Positions 10,390 to 21,071 of a stretch of 54,647 bases of DNA are shown in pieces (the first letter of the stretch is position 1; the number at the start of each line of letters is the position of its first letter). A model generated the notes under the pieces. It saw nothing but the letters and a program-made list of their open reading frames with translations, had not been told where the DNA came from and did no database searches. The stretch comes from an uncultured virus (IMG/VR IMGVR_UViG_3300020191_000005). Lineage: Duplodnaviria; Heunggongvirae; Uroviricota; Caudoviricetes. A program made the position numbers and the translations under genes. The stretch is taken from IMG/VR virus record IMGVR_UViG_3300020191_000005, positions 62,001-116,647 of that record. One strand, given 5' to 3'.

Positions 10390-11019
10390 ATGGCAATTTC
10401 AACACTAAGCAAAATTACAGTACCTTTGGATTCTAGCTCTTCAGCTAGTAACCAAGGTTTGTTGATGCCGAAACTACAATACCGCTTTAGAGTGAGTCTT
10501 GAAAATTTTGGAGTATCAACACCAACAACAGAACTAACTAAACAGGTTGTAGACGTAACAAGACCTAACGTAAGTTTTGAACAAATTACAGTAGATGTGT
10601 ATAACTCACGTGTATACCTAGCAGGTAAACACACTTGGGAACCAATTACACTTAACCTACGTGAAGATGTTTCAAACAACGTACAAAAACTTGTTGGCGA
10701 GCAACTACAGAAACAATTTGACTTCTTTGAACAAAGTTCGGCGGCGTCAGGTAGCGATTACAAATTCGTTACAAGAATTGAAATATTAGACGGTGGTAAC
10801 GGTGCTAATACAGCAAGTGTACTAGAGACATTTGAATTGTATGGTTGTTACTTAGAGTCAGCAAACTACAATAGCTTGTCTTACTCTACTAACGATCCAG
10901 TAACTGTTGCACTAGCGATACGTTATGACAACGCTATCCAAAGCCCACAAGGAACAGGCATAGGAACAGCAATCGGACGTACAGTTAACACAGCTATTAC
11001 AGGCGGCGGCGCTAGTTAA
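10390..11019 (+). CDS. gp19: Tail tube protein (gp19-like)
   Basis: Follows the sheath gene; YRFRV, AGKHTWEPIT, FELYGC and IRYD patterns. Confidence 0.85.
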   Translation: MAISTLSKITVPLDSSSSASNQGLLMPKLQYRFRVSLENFGVSTPTTELTKQVVDVTRPNVSFEQITVDVYNSRVYLAGKHTWEPITLNLREDVSNNVQKLVGEQLQKQFDFFEQSSAASGSDYKFVTRIEILDGGNGANTASVLETFELYGCYLESANYNSLSYSTNDPVTVALAIRYDNAIQSPQGTGIGTAIGRTVNTAITGGGAS

Positions 11020-11048
11020 TAACAATAACAATATTTCCTGAAGTATAT

Positions 11049-11084
11049 AAAAAGGGTGTCTTTAATTAGGCATCCTTTTTTTTT
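11049..11084 (+). terminator. Rho-independent terminator
   Basis: AAAAGGGTGTC...GGCATCC hairpin followed by a long T tract. Confidence 0.75.
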
Positions 11085-11144
11085 ATCTACGCACTTAATT
11101 ATATTAGATAAATATTAGTATAAGAGTATGAGGAATACGTAAAA

Positions 11145-12503
11145 ATGGCAAATAAACTTAACGGTTTTTTAAACAACTTAATAAGCGGAGCATTGAGTCC
11201 TAAAGGAAACCTAGGCGATGCGGCTCACGCGGCAAGACTTTATGTTGATGATGCACATAGATTAAGTCCTAAATCTAAATTTCTTTATCATGTAACATTT
11301 AATTTAAATCCAGAAGCTGTAGCATTAATTCCTCAATTAAAAACACAAGAAATTAATATGCTTGTTAAACAAGTTGACTTACCTAAGTATCAAATTGCAA
11401 CAACGCTAAAACATCAATACAACCAAAAAAGAAATTTACAAACAAGATTAGATTACGATCCAATTAATGTTACATTCCACGATGATAACTATGGTCAGAC
11501 AACTGCTATGTGGGAAGCATATTATAGATATTATTTTAAAGATGGAAACTATGCAAGTGTAGATGGTAGTTCTAATCCTAACACTTCAAACGCGGCCTAC
11601 AACAGAGGTAATACGTACCAAGGTGAATTGTCAAATAGTTATAGATACGGAATGGACAATGATAGTTTCAAACCGTTCTTTGAAAGTATTCAAATTTATC
11701 AAATGTCAAGAAAGCGTTATACTTGTTTTACTTTAGTTAATCCAATAATTAGTGCTTGGGAACATGATAGTTTAGATAACAGTTCAAGTGATACAGTACA
11801 AAATTCAATGACAGTTCAATACGAAACTGTATGGTATGCTAGAGGTCCAGTTAAAGACGGCATTGCTCCTAAGAGCTTTGGTAGTGCTAGTGGACATTAT
11901 GATCAAACACCAAGTCCTAATTCATTAGCAGGTGGAGGAACATCAAGTGTGTTTGGCATTGGCGGCATTGCAGGAGGCATAGCAGATGTCTTTGGAGACA
12001 TTAGTAGCGGCGCGGCATTTAGTAGTCCGGCAAACTTTTTAGGAACAGTATTAAAAGCAACTAGCATTACACAAAATGCTAAAAATTTAGGATCAGATGG
12101 ATTACGCCAAGAAGGATTTGGTATCTTAAAAGACCAAATTGGCAAAGCTACAGGTATTGATGTTAGTGGCGTTGCAAACGTTGCATTTCCTAAATCAAGT
12201 GGACTAGGTGGAGACTTTAGTACTATTGCTACAGTTGCAGGAGTGGCTGGATTAGCCGGCATTGCTTCTGGAAAAATACCAAACCCACTAAGTAGTGTTA
12301 CTAACTTCTTAAGTGGTAATAAAGGAGCGGCTGATTCATTAGCTAAAGCAACAGCATTTAAGAAAAGTCATATTAACAATGGAGGCAGTCCAATACCGCA
12401 AATGATAACTGCGGCATACAATGCACAAAGTGAAGCAAACAAAGTTAAAGCACGATCGGCGGCTATTGCAAATGCTAACGGATCAAGCCTAGACTTTACA
12501 TAG
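11145..12503 (+). CDS. Tail tube-like baseplate / tube initiator protein (gp48/gp54-like)
   Basis: VKQVDLPK, YDPINVTFHDD, TLVNP, MTVQYE tube-fold pattern; Gly-rich tail; follows the tube gene. Confidence 0.55.
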   Translation: MANKLNGFLNNLISGALSPKGNLGDAAHAARLYVDDAHRLSPKSKFLYHVTFNLNPEAVALIPQLKTQEINMLVKQVDLPKYQIATTLKHQYNQKRNLQTRLDYDPINVTFHDDNYGQTTAMWEAYYRYYFKDGNYASVDGSSNPNTSNAAYNRGNTYQGELSNSYRYGMDNDSFKPFFESIQIYQMSRKRYTCFTLVNPIISAWEHDSLDNSSSDTVQNSMTVQYETVWYARGPVKDGIAPKSFGSASGHYDQTPSPNSLAGGGTSSVFGIGGIAGGIADVFGDISSGAAFSSPANFLGTVLKATSITQNAKNLGSDGLRQEGFGILKDQIGKATGIDVSGVANVAFPKSSGLGGDFSTIATVAGVAGLAGIASGKIPNPLSSVTNFLSGNKGAADSLAKATAFKKSHINNGGSPIPQMITAAYNAQSEANKVKARSAAIANANGSSLDFT

Positions 12504-12512
12504 GAATAAATT

Positions 12513-12899
12513 ATGCCATCAACGCCAACAAACTTATACGGTAACCTTCCTGCAAAAACAGGAGATAGTGCTACATCAGTAAAACAATTCTTTGATCAAT
12601 ATTATACAAAACCGTTTGAATTTTCAAGCAATGAAGTTGATGCAACAGTTGGGTTCTTTGCTAAAAGAGGGTTTGATGAAGTTAGTTCAACTAGTGTTGC
12701 TACTATTGTTATGCAACAAGCAAAGATAGACAATGTAAAAATATTTGAATTATTAGACACTCTAGGAGGGTTTGATGATATACAGTTGAGTACTGTAATT
12801 ACAGAAATTTTAAATTATAATAGAGCAAAAATTAGTACACTAGGTTATAAAGTGGACCAAGCAACTAATAAACTAGAAACTAGAAACATAGTGGTATAA
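12513..12899 (+). CDS. Hypothetical virion-module protein
   Basis: 128-aa ORF with RBS within the structural operon. Confidence 0.6.
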   Translation: MPSTPTNLYGNLPAKTGDSATSVKQFFDQYYTKPFEFSSNEVDATVGFFAKRGFDEVSSTSVATIVMQQAKIDNVKIFELLDTLGGFDDIQLSTVITEILNYNRAKISTLGYKVDQATNKLETRNIVV

Positions 12900-12903
12900 T
12901 GCT

Positions 12904-13341
12904 ATGGGTAAGTTTGCTCAAGGTCGCTATTCATTAAAGTTTCCTGAAAAATACTTAGGTACAAAAACACCATTGTATAGAAGTAGTTGGGAATTTGCAT
13001 TTATGAAATTCTGTGACGAAAGTCCTAGTGTTAGTAAATGGGCAAGTGAGAGTGTTAAAATTCCATATAGAAATCCATTAACAGGCAAGCACACAGTTTA
13101 TGTTCCAGACTTCTTAATACAGTACAGCGATAAAAATGGTAGACCACATGTTGAACTAATTGAAGTTAAGCCTGATAACCAAACTATGAAAGAGAATGTT
13201 GGACGTGATAAATGGCGTCAAGCACAGTATATCCAAAATGTTGCCAAATGGGAAGCCGCAAGAGCATGGTGTAAACAGAAGAAAATATTCTTTAGGGTTA
13301 TAACCGAAAAAGACATTTTCCACTCAGGCAAGAGAAAATAG
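12904..13341 (+). CDS. Head completion nuclease (T4 gp4 / TnsA-like PD-(D/E)XK)
   Basis: YRSSWE, WASE, YVPDF, IEVKP, KWEAA, TEKD motifs. Confidence 0.85.
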   Translation: MGKFAQGRYSLKFPEKYLGTKTPLYRSSWEFAFMKFCDESPSVSKWASESVKIPYRNPLTGKHTVYVPDFLIQYSDKNGRPHVELIEVKPDNQTMKENVGRDKWRQAQYIQNVAKWEAARAWCKQKKIFFRVITEKDIFHSGKRK

Positions 13342-13375
13342 GATAAATAATAGTAGTATATAATGGAAAACCAAA

Positions 13376-13864
13376 ATGACTAAAAAACTAGAAGAATTAC
13401 TCAATTTGCCTGAAAGCCAAGAGATTATTCAAGAAGAAAAGTCAAAGTCTAACAATGTAGTTAAAGCAAGTACTGACGAAGACTTTAGAGACATTGCAGA
13501 GCTTGATAAGATTACTGCGGCATTACCAGCTGTAAAAGGTCTAGGAGAATTAGCAGATAAAGAACTCAACGAGATTGCACTAAAAGCTACTACAGCATAT
13601 GACGACTTAATGGATTTAGGCATGAACGTGGAGGCAAGGTATAGTGGCAGAGTATTTGAAGTGGCTGGAGGAATGCTTAAAACGGCTCTCGATGCCAAAG
13701 TTGCGAAACTAGATAAAAAATTAAAAATGATCGACTTGCAACTTAAAAAAGAAAAGCAAGACAAAGACAGTGGATTTGAAGATTCAGGACTTGTAAATGG
13801 CGAAGGTTACGTAGTAACAGACCGTAATAGTTTGCTTGAAAAATTGAAAAACATGGATAAATAA
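13376..13864 (+). CDS. Putative terminase small subunit
   Basis: Helical protein with RVFEVAGGML and a C-terminal DRNSLL; late promoter; upstream of terL. Positional inference. Confidence 0.5.
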   Translation: MTKKLEELLNLPESQEIIQEEKSKSNNVVKASTDEDFRDIAELDKITAALPAVKGLGELADKELNEIALKATTAYDDLMDLGMNVEARYSGRVFEVAGGMLKTALDAKVAKLDKKLKMIDLQLKKEKQDKDSGFEDSGLVNGEGYVVTDRNSLLEKLKNMDK

Positions 13865-13881
13865 ACATATAAGGAACTGAT

Positions 13882-14448
13882 ATGAAGACATTTGCAGATT
13901 ATTTAACAGAGTCTAAAAAGACTTATAAATTTAAAATTGGTATTGCCGGAGAGCTACCTGAAGGGTGCATGGACACCATGGAAACTGCACTACAGAAGTT
14001 TGGCGTTATTAACATGACTGATTGCAAACGTACACCAATTACAGAACGTCCATTAGATTTTCCTCAATTACAAAATACAGAAGTTAACTATTGCGAAGCT
14101 GAATTAGCATATCCAACTATTGCACCAGTAGTAGCAGAATACCTAACACAAACATGCGGACTACCAGAGTCACATTTAATTGTAAGAAATTTAGATGCTC
14201 CACAAGAACAGTATCAAGATGCAGAATACAATAAAGTTTACGAGCCAAATTTAGGAAGCGATTTACCAGAATCAGATCCAGCAGTTCACAAGACAGTAAC
14301 AGGCGAAAGAATTATGGGACTATTAGCAGAGTTAGAACAAGCACGTAAAGAAAGAGAAAACGATCCAATTGGATCTGTTGCAGTTAACAAAGAACAAATT
14401 CAAGATATGGGCGAACCAGGTAACACTAGCCCTATGGGGAGCAAATAA
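13882..14448 (+). CDS. Hypothetical virion protein
   Basis: MKTFADYLTES N-terminus resembles T4-like head-targeted internal proteins; late promoter and RBS. Confidence 0.6.
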   Translation: MKTFADYLTESKKTYKFKIGIAGELPEGCMDTMETALQKFGVINMTDCKRTPITERPLDFPQLQNTEVNYCEAELAYPTIAPVVAEYLTQTCGLPESHLIVRNLDAPQEQYQDAEYNKVYEPNLGSDLPESDPAVHKTVTGERIMGLLAELEQARKERENDPIGSVAVNKEQIQDMGEPGNTSPMGSK

Positions 14449-14449
14449 C

Positions 14450-15031
14450 ATGAAACTAGAAGACATTTATAAAAAAATTGATGCACTTAACGAAGCGGCA
14501 TCAATGAATATTTCATTAACAGGTGATAGTCCACAAGAAGTAGGCGAACTGTTTAAGGTATTAGGCGATAAAGATATTAATCCAGCACCGGCACCAAGTT
14601 TAGGTATGCGTGGTGACATTGAGAAATCAATGGCGGCAATTAAAGGATTAGACGAGCCTATGGGACCACCAAGCGACATGGATGATCTTAAACCTGGAAT
14701 GCAAAAAGCACCATGCAAGATTTGTGGCAAGCAACATATTGGTGCAAGTAGTTGTAATGATAGTGTTGAAGCAGAAGATTATGACAATAGCCCAGATGAG
14801 CAACACCAAGATACTAAGTACATGACTAAAGATTTAAGTGGTGGACTTAACAAACAAAAAGGTTCTTACCCAGCAACAGCTGGAGGTGACAATCCAATGT
14901 CACTTGAAGATGAGATTAAAGAAGAACTAAAAAACAAATATGCCGAACTAATGGGCGAAGGTAAATGTCCAGAATGTGGTAAAAATACCAAGAAGAAGCT
15001 AATGGCTTGTTCAAGTTGCGGCTGTAGTTAA
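14450..15031 (+). CDS. Hypothetical protein with CxxC motifs (start reassigned to 14450)
   Basis: ATG immediately after the upstream stop; acidic; CKIC, CPEC and CSSCGC motifs. Confidence 0.6.
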   Translation: MKLEDIYKKIDALNEAASMNISLTGDSPQEVGELFKVLGDKDINPAPAPSLGMRGDIEKSMAAIKGLDEPMGPPSDMDDLKPGMQKAPCKICGKQHIGASSCNDSVEAEDYDNSPDEQHQDTKYMTKDLSGGLNKQKGSYPATAGGDNPMSLEDEIKEELKNKYAELMGEGKCPECGKNTKKKLMACSSCGCS

Positions 15032-15061
15032 GAATAATAATAAAGTTAAAACGTCAAACTC

Positions 15062-15088
15062 AATACCCGCTCCGGCGGGTATTTTTTT
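15062..15088 (+). terminator. Rho-independent terminator
   Basis: AATACCCGC-TCCG-GCGGGTATT followed by a T tract. Confidence 0.85.
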
Positions 15089-15102
15089 GAGTAAATAATA
15101 GT

Positions 15103-16692
15103 ATGGCAACAAAGAGTTTAGATGGTGTCTTAACAAAAAAGGCACATACCAGAGATACATATACTGAGGCGCAGATTGAAGACCTACGCAGATGCATGGA
15201 TCCAAAAGATGGATACTTGTACTTTGCTAAGAAGTTTGCATTCATTCAGCACCCTGTAAAAGGTAAATTATTATTTGATCCGTTTGCATATCAAGAACGG
15301 TTACTACAGAGTTATCACGACTTCCGTTTTAATATTAATATGTTACCAAGACAAACTGGTAAAACTACTACTGCCGCAATTTACTTGTGTTGGTATGCTA
15401 TGTTCCATCCAGATCAAACTATTCTAATTGCCGCACACAAATACACAGGCGCACAGGAAATTATGCAACGTATTAGATACGTGTACGAAATGTGTGCTGA
15501 TCATATTAGAGCAGGAGTAACAAACTACAACAAAGGTAGTATGGAATTTGAAAACGGTTCACGTATTGTAAGTGCTACTACAACAGGAAACACAGGACGT
15601 GGTATGTCCATATCATTACTATACTGTGACGAGTTTGCATTTGTTAATCCTAATATTGCAGAAGAATTTTGGACATCAATATCACCTACACTAGCAACAG
15701 GTGGTAGAGCTATTATTACAAGTACACCTAACTCAGACGAAGATACGTTTGCTATTATTTGGAAAGAGTCTGCAGATAAGTTTGACGAACACGGTAACGA
15801 ATCAGATATTGGTAAGAATGGCTTTCATGGATTTACATGTAGTTGGGACGAACATCCTGACAGAGATGAAGAATGGAGGAAGAATGAAATTGGTCGTATT
15901 GGTGAAGAAAAGTTTCGCCGTGAGTATGGTTGCGAATTTTTAATCTATGATGAAACACTTATTAATAGTATTAAGTTAGCATCAATGGAAGGCAAAGATC
16001 CAATACTTAACATGGGCCAAACACGTTGGTATAAAAAACCAACAGGGGACAATAGTTACGTTGTTGCACTTGATCCTAGTATGGGTACAGGTGGCGACTT
16101 TGCCGCAATACAAGTATTTGAAGTACCAAGCTATAAGCAAGTAGCAGAGTGGAGACACAATGAAACTGCTATACCAGGACAAATTAGAGTTTTAAAAGAT
16201 ATATGTGATTACATTAAAGAATGTTGTAATAACAACGGATCAAATATATATTGGAGTGTAGAGAACAATAGTATTGGAGAAGGTGCATTAATTGTTATTA
16301 GAGATCTTGGAGAAGAGAATATACCAGGGCTACTTACAAGTGAGCCTATGCGTAAAGGACATGTACGCAAGTTCCGTAAAGGATTTAACACAACACACAG
16401 TACAAAAATTAGTGCTTGTAGTCGTTTAAAGACTATGATTGAGAACGATAAACTAGAAGTAAACAGTAAAGTATTACTATCAGAGCTTAAAGGATTTGTA
16501 GCAAGTGGTAGTAGTTATAAAGCAAAACCCGGAGAAACGGACGATTTAGTTAGTGCAACACTACTAAGTATGCGTATAATTGCAGTATTAAAAGACTGGG
16601 ATCCAAGAGTGTACGAATCGTTTAATCAAGCAGAAGCGGCCGAAGATTACGAACCGCCCATGCCTATATTCGTTTCGACTAATATGAGATAA
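15103..16692 (+). CDS. terL: Terminase large subunit (T4 gp17-like)
   Basis: Walker A PRQTGKT, Walker B LLYCDEFAF, ITSTPN, nuclease motifs ALDPSMG and DDLV. Confidence 0.95.
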   Translation: MATKSLDGVLTKKAHTRDTYTEAQIEDLRRCMDPKDGYLYFAKKFAFIQHPVKGKLLFDPFAYQERLLQSYHDFRFNINMLPRQTGKTTTAAIYLCWYAMFHPDQTILIAAHKYTGAQEIMQRIRYVYEMCADHIRAGVTNYNKGSMEFENGSRIVSATTTGNTGRGMSISLLYCDEFAFVNPNIAEEFWTSISPTLATGGRAIITSTPNSDEDTFAIIWKESADKFDEHGNESDIGKNGFHGFTCSWDEHPDRDEEWRKNEIGRIGEEKFRREYGCEFLIYDETLINSIKLASMEGKDPILNMGQTRWYKKPTGDNSYVVALDPSMGTGGDFAAIQVFEVPSYKQVAEWRHNETAIPGQIRVLKDICDYIKECCNNNGSNIYWSVENNSIGEGALIVIRDLGEENIPGLLTSEPMRKGHVRKFRKGFNTTHSTKISACSRLKTMIENDKLEVNSKVLLSELKGFVASGSSYKAKPGETDDLVSATLLSMRIIAVLKDWDPRVYESFNQAEAAEDYEPPMPIFVSTNMR

Positions 16693-16700
16693 ATATTAAC

Positions 16701-18533
16701 ATGAGCAACTTAGAACCAGTGTCAGAAAAACTATTCGCTAAAATTAGAGGCAGATTTCCATCTGTAACAATTGGTGATGAAATGGGTACAGTAACAGACG
16801 AGCCTAAATTAGCAAAGTATTTTGACTTTGACTATAAAGAAGGCAATAATGTACTTGGAAAAGTTAGTATTACACTAGATGAAAAATCAGGCATTACTGT
16901 ATTATATAATCAAGACTTTATGGCTGAAGCTGGAGAAGCTGAAAAAAACAATTGGTATAACTTTTTAAAAGAAATTAGAATTTTTTCTAAAAAACATATG
17001 CTAAACTTTGATACAAGAGATATTACTAAAAGTAATCTTGATAAACGAGATTACGCACACTTAACAAAAACTGCCGGAGAAACACAAATGAGTGAGTCAA
17101 ACATGTACGGTACGAGTAGAACAAGTTTCGAAAATATCGATACTGCTCGCTTAGTACTTAAACACACCAAACCAGTAAACTTAGAAGTTCCTGGATCAAG
17201 AACACAAAATGTACACAGTATGTATATTGAAAGTGAAGCTGGCGAAAGATTTAAATATCCGTTCAGACATTTAAATGGTGCAAGAGCAATGGCAAGACAT
17301 GTTGCCGAAGGCGGAAATCAATACGACGAGTTTGGTAAACATATTGTTGAGATGTCAACAGAATTAAACAAACTACGCAAGTTTAAAACTTACATGAACC
17401 GTTCAAGCGTAATGGCAGAAGGCTTAAAAGGTTATATGGAAGCCGTAGATGTAAGACTAGAAAATATTAAAACAGAAGTAATGAAACTACAACGTAGTGC
17501 GTATTACAAAGAAGCATTTGAAAACTTTACTCCAGTAGTAAATGAAAATGTTCCAGAAGACGTTGCAGAAAATTGGATTGACCAATTAACTATTAGATCT
17601 TTTAACGAAGAATTAAAAGATGTATTTCCATATGTATACAGGTTAGTAAGTGAAGTAACAACGGCAAAAGAAGTATCGCCAGAAGACTTTGTTACAGAAA
17701 CTGAAGTAGAGGCAGAAGTAGAAGTTTCAGAAGTACAAACTCCAGAAATGGAATTTGAAAGGGCGTTAGATTCAATCGTAGGAGAGGAAGACAATGCATT
17801 AATTGACGGTGACGAAGAAGCACAAGCGGCCGCGGTTAAACAAATTAATGGCTTAATGGCTCAACATTTTCCTGCCGGAATAAACGGCACGAATGCAATC
17901 GAAAGCATGAAGGGCATTATAGATGACCCAATGCTACTAGACATGTTCAAAAAAGTTGGACAAAAAGATGCAGATACATGTGTCCGTCCATTAGTAATGA
18001 AATACTTAAAAGGAAAAAATCCAAGTATATTAACAAAAATTGATACAGGTGATCTTGAAACAGAATCACAGTATACACCAACTAAAGACAAAGATGACTA
18101 CGATGCTAAACAAAAAGCATTACAAGATTTACAAATAGATCCGGAGACATCAAAAGATCCAGAACTTAAAAAAGAACTAATGAAGCGTAAAGCATCATTA
18201 GAAAAAGATGCTGACAAATATGAAGATGACGATACTATGGATGTCAAAATCAATAGTAAAGGTCAAATGATGAAAGCTGATACTCCGGACGACATGGACG
18301 GAGAAGAACAAGATACAAGAACAGCAGGTGAGAAGTTAGAAGAGCTAGTTAAAAGTTATTATGACTACACAACTAACAACTTTCCAAAAGGCGAGCAGGC
18401 AGTAGTAACTGCATGTGAAAAAGAATTTGGTGAAGAAAGCGTACCAGTAGCTGAGAAGATGATTGCAAGATTAGTGCAAGGAAAAGATGGTGAGATGGAA
18501 AGAATCAAATCACTAGCAGGCATTAATAACTAA
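16701..18533 (+). CDS. Hypothetical late (probably virion) protein, 610 aa
   Basis: Long acidic ORF; TAAATA-N5-ATG; C-terminal RIKSLAGI. Confidence 0.65.
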   Translation: MSNLEPVSEKLFAKIRGRFPSVTIGDEMGTVTDEPKLAKYFDFDYKEGNNVLGKVSITLDEKSGITVLYNQDFMAEAGEAEKNNWYNFLKEIRIFSKKHMLNFDTRDITKSNLDKRDYAHLTKTAGETQMSESNMYGTSRTSFENIDTARLVLKHTKPVNLEVPGSRTQNVHSMYIESEAGERFKYPFRHLNGARAMARHVAEGGNQYDEFGKHIVEMSTELNKLRKFKTYMNRSSVMAEGLKGYMEAVDVRLENIKTEVMKLQRSAYYKEAFENFTPVVNENVPEDVAENWIDQLTIRSFNEELKDVFPYVYRLVSEVTTAKEVSPEDFVTETEVEAEVEVSEVQTPEMEFERALDSIVGEEDNALIDGDEEAQAAAVKQINGLMAQHFPAGINGTNAIESMKGIIDDPMLLDMFKKVGQKDADTCVRPLVMKYLKGKNPSILTKIDTGDLETESQYTPTKDKDDYDAKQKALQDLQIDPETSKDPELKKELMKRKASLEKDADKYEDDDTMDVKINSKGQMMKADTPDDMDGEEQDTRTAGEKLEELVKSYYDYTTNNFPKGEQAVVTACEKEFGEESVPVAEKMIARLVQGKDGEMERIKSLAGINN

Positions 18534-18559
18534 GAATCACTTTTTTGGCAACCTAGTGG

Positions 18560-18588
18560 TTGACTTTACTAAGTAACTGTAGTAGTAT
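18560..18588 (+). promoter_or_regulatory. Sigma70-type promoter for the gp32/uvsX operon
   Basis: TTGACT-17-TAGTAT. Confidence 0.6.
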
Positions 18589-18669
18589 ATAACATGTGCT
18601 ACTACAAACAGGCACAGCGGAATGTTCCGCATTAAAGCACATAGGCTTAACATATAGGAGGCAATAACT

Positions 18670-19644
18670 ATGGCAACATTAGCAGAGATCAGAGCTAAAC
18701 TTAAAGAACAAGAGTCACGCACAGGTGGTTCTAATAACAACAGCGGCGGCGATAACGCAATTTACCCATTTTGGAATTTGAAGGAAGGACAGACTGCAAC
18801 AGTTCGTTTCTTACCTGATGGTGACGAAAATAATACATTTTTCTGGCAAGAACGTTTGATGATCAAACTTCCATTTGCTGGAATTAAAGGCGAGACAGAC
18901 TCTCGTCCAGTACAGGTACAAGTACCATGTATGGAAATGTATGGGGAAACTTGTCCAGTACTTTCAGAAGTACGTGGCTGGTTTAAAGATCCAAAGTTAG
19001 AGGATATGGGTCGTAAGTATTGGAAAAAGCGTTCATACGTATTCCAAGGCTTCGTAACTGATAATCCACTTTCAGAGGATACAACACCTGAAAACCCAAT
19101 CAGACGTTTCATTATTGGTCCACAAATCTTCCAAATTATTAAGGGAGCATTAATGGATCCAGATATGAACGAACTACCTACAGACTACACAGCAGGTGTA
19201 GACTTTAGAATCGCTAAAACATCCAAAGGTGGATATGCTGATTACTCAACATCAAACTGGGCTCGTAGAGAGCGTCCGTTAGATGAAGCTGAGTATAAGG
19301 CTATCGAAGACCACGGCTTGTTTAACATGACAGACTACTTGCCTAAGAAACCTGAAGCAGTAGCAGTTGAAGTTATCAAGAAAATGTTTGAAGCATCAGT
19401 AGATGGTGAAGCATACGACATGGAAGCATTTGGTCAATACTTTAGACCAGCAGGCGTAAGAGCGGCAACTGGTGATCCAGTTAAAGCAACTACACCAACT
19501 CCAGCGGCACCAGCAGTAGCACCAGCAGAGGCTCCAGCAGAGGCTCCAGTAGCTGATGCAGTAGCACCTACGGCAACTGAAGCGGCAGGCGATGGCAACA
19601 AAGCAGAAGACATCCTAGCGATGATCAGAAGCCGCCAAAGCTAG
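18670..19644 (+). CDS. gp32: Single-stranded DNA-binding protein (T4 gp32-like)
   Basis: VRFLPDGD, C...CPV, YWKKRSY, G.DFRIAKT..GGYADYSTS; C-terminal ILAMIRSR. Confidence 0.88.
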   Translation: MATLAEIRAKLKEQESRTGGSNNNSGGDNAIYPFWNLKEGQTATVRFLPDGDENNTFFWQERLMIKLPFAGIKGETDSRPVQVQVPCMEMYGETCPVLSEVRGWFKDPKLEDMGRKYWKKRSYVFQGFVTDNPLSEDTTPENPIRRFIIGPQIFQIIKGALMDPDMNELPTDYTAGVDFRIAKTSKGGYADYSTSNWARRERPLDEAEYKAIEDHGLFNMTDYLPKKPEAVAVEVIKKMFEASVDGEAYDMEAFGQYFRPAGVRAATGDPVKATTPTPAAPAVAPAEAPAEAPVADAVAPTATEAAGDGNKAEDILAMIRSRQS

Positions 19645-19710
19645 TTTAATACTGAGCGGGTGTAGTAGTTTATGCTACACCCTATTCAGACAATCTGATA
19701 AGGAGATACA

Positions 19711-20808
19711 ATGGCTAATAAAGCATTTGACGTTTCTAAGTTTCGTAAAAACTTAACTAAATCGATCACAGGCATGAGTAGTGGGTTTAATGACCCTACG
19801 GATTGGATTAGTACAGGTAACTATGCCTTAAACTATCTTATTAGTGGCGACTTCCACAAAGGTGTTCCACTAGGTAAGGTAACTGTTTTTGCAGGAGAAT
19901 CTGGTGCAGGTAAATCATATATCTGTGCAGGTAATATTGTAAAGGCGGCACAAGATCAAGGTATCTTTGTAGTTCTAATTGACTCAGAGAACGCACTTGA
20001 TGAAAGTTGGTTGAAAGCTCTTGATGTAGATACATCAGAAGACAAACTACTAAAACTTAACATGTCAATGATTGATGACGTTGCTAAAACTATTAGTACG
20101 TTTATGATTGACTACAAAGCAATGCCAGAGGAAGAACGTCCTAAGATTTTGTTTGTAGTTGATAGTTTGGGTATGTTGCTAACACCTACAGATGTTGATC
20201 AGTTTAACAAAGGTGATATGAAAGGTGATATGGGTCGTAAGCCTAAAGCACTAACATCACTTGTACGTAATACTGTTAACATGATTGGTAGTTGTAACGT
20301 AGGATTAGTTTGTACTAATCATACATATGCATCACAGGATATGTTTGACCCAGATGACAAGATCAGTGGTGGACAAGGTTTTATCTATGCATCAAGTATT
20401 GTTGTTGCAATGAAAAAACTAAAGCTAAAAGAAGACCTTGACGGTAATAAAATTAGCGAAGTGCGTGGTATTAGAGCAGGTTGTAAAGTAATGAAAACTC
20501 GTTATGCAAAACCGTTCGAAGGCGTACAAGTTAAGATTCCTTATGAAACAGGTATGAATCCTTACAGTGGATTGGTTGACTTGTTTGAGAAAAAAGGATT
20601 ACTTGTCAAAGACGGAAATAGACTAAAGTACACTGATTCTAAAGGTAATGAAGTAAAAGAATATCGTAAAGTGTGGGAAGCAGGCGGTGACGCTCTTGAC
20701 ACAATTATGATGGACTGGAATAACATTGCAGAAGCAGTAGACATGGTTGAAGAATCAGTAGTCGAAACTGAAGTCAAAACTGAAGTCGAAACACAACCAA
20801 CTGAATAA
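19711..20808 (+). CDS. uvsX: RecA-like recombinase
   Basis: Walker A AGESGAGKS, IDSENALD, VVDSLGML, ISGGQG, KTRY. Confidence 0.93.
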   Translation: MANKAFDVSKFRKNLTKSITGMSSGFNDPTDWISTGNYALNYLISGDFHKGVPLGKVTVFAGESGAGKSYICAGNIVKAAQDQGIFVVLIDSENALDESWLKALDVDTSEDKLLKLNMSMIDDVAKTISTFMIDYKAMPEEERPKILFVVDSLGMLLTPTDVDQFNKGDMKGDMGRKPKALTSLVRNTVNMIGSCNVGLVCTNHTYASQDMFDPDDKISGGQGFIYASSIVVAMKKLKLKEDLDGNKISEVRGIRAGCKVMKTRYAKPFEGVQVKIPYETGMNPYSGLVDLFEKKGLLVKDGNRLKYTDSKGNEVKEYRKVWEAGGDALDTIMMDWNNIAEAVDMVEESVVETEVKTEVETQPTE

Positions 20809-20837
20809 CTATAGCAGTATTAACTAAGGAGATTACA

Positions 20838-21071
20838 TTGGATACAGGTTCAAATATTATAGAAGTGTGGCAAGTGTTTAAAGAATATTTAGACAAAAAG
20901 CACATTGAAACTGTTGCTGAAAAGTTTGTTGATTTATGTGCTGATCTAGGTACTAGTGATGAAGCATTTAGAGAAGCATTAGGATCTGACAGCAACTTAG
21001 ATAAAGCTATTGGTTATTATTTAGAAGAAGACGTTGACGAAGATTCGTACGATAACGAGGACGATTACTGA
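20838..21071 (+). CDS. Small acidic hypothetical protein
   Basis: AGGAG RBS with TTG start; between uvsX and uvsY. Confidence 0.65.
   Translation: MDTGSNIIEVWQVFKEYLDKKHIETVAEKFVDLCADLGTSDEAFREALGSDSNLDKAIGYYLEEDVDEDSYDNEDDY

Noticed and set aside
19500..20792. 12-bp tandem repeats in gp32 (CCAGCAGAGGCT) and uvsX (GTCGAAACTGAA-like)
   Set aside because: They are in-frame low-complexity linker or tail expansions.
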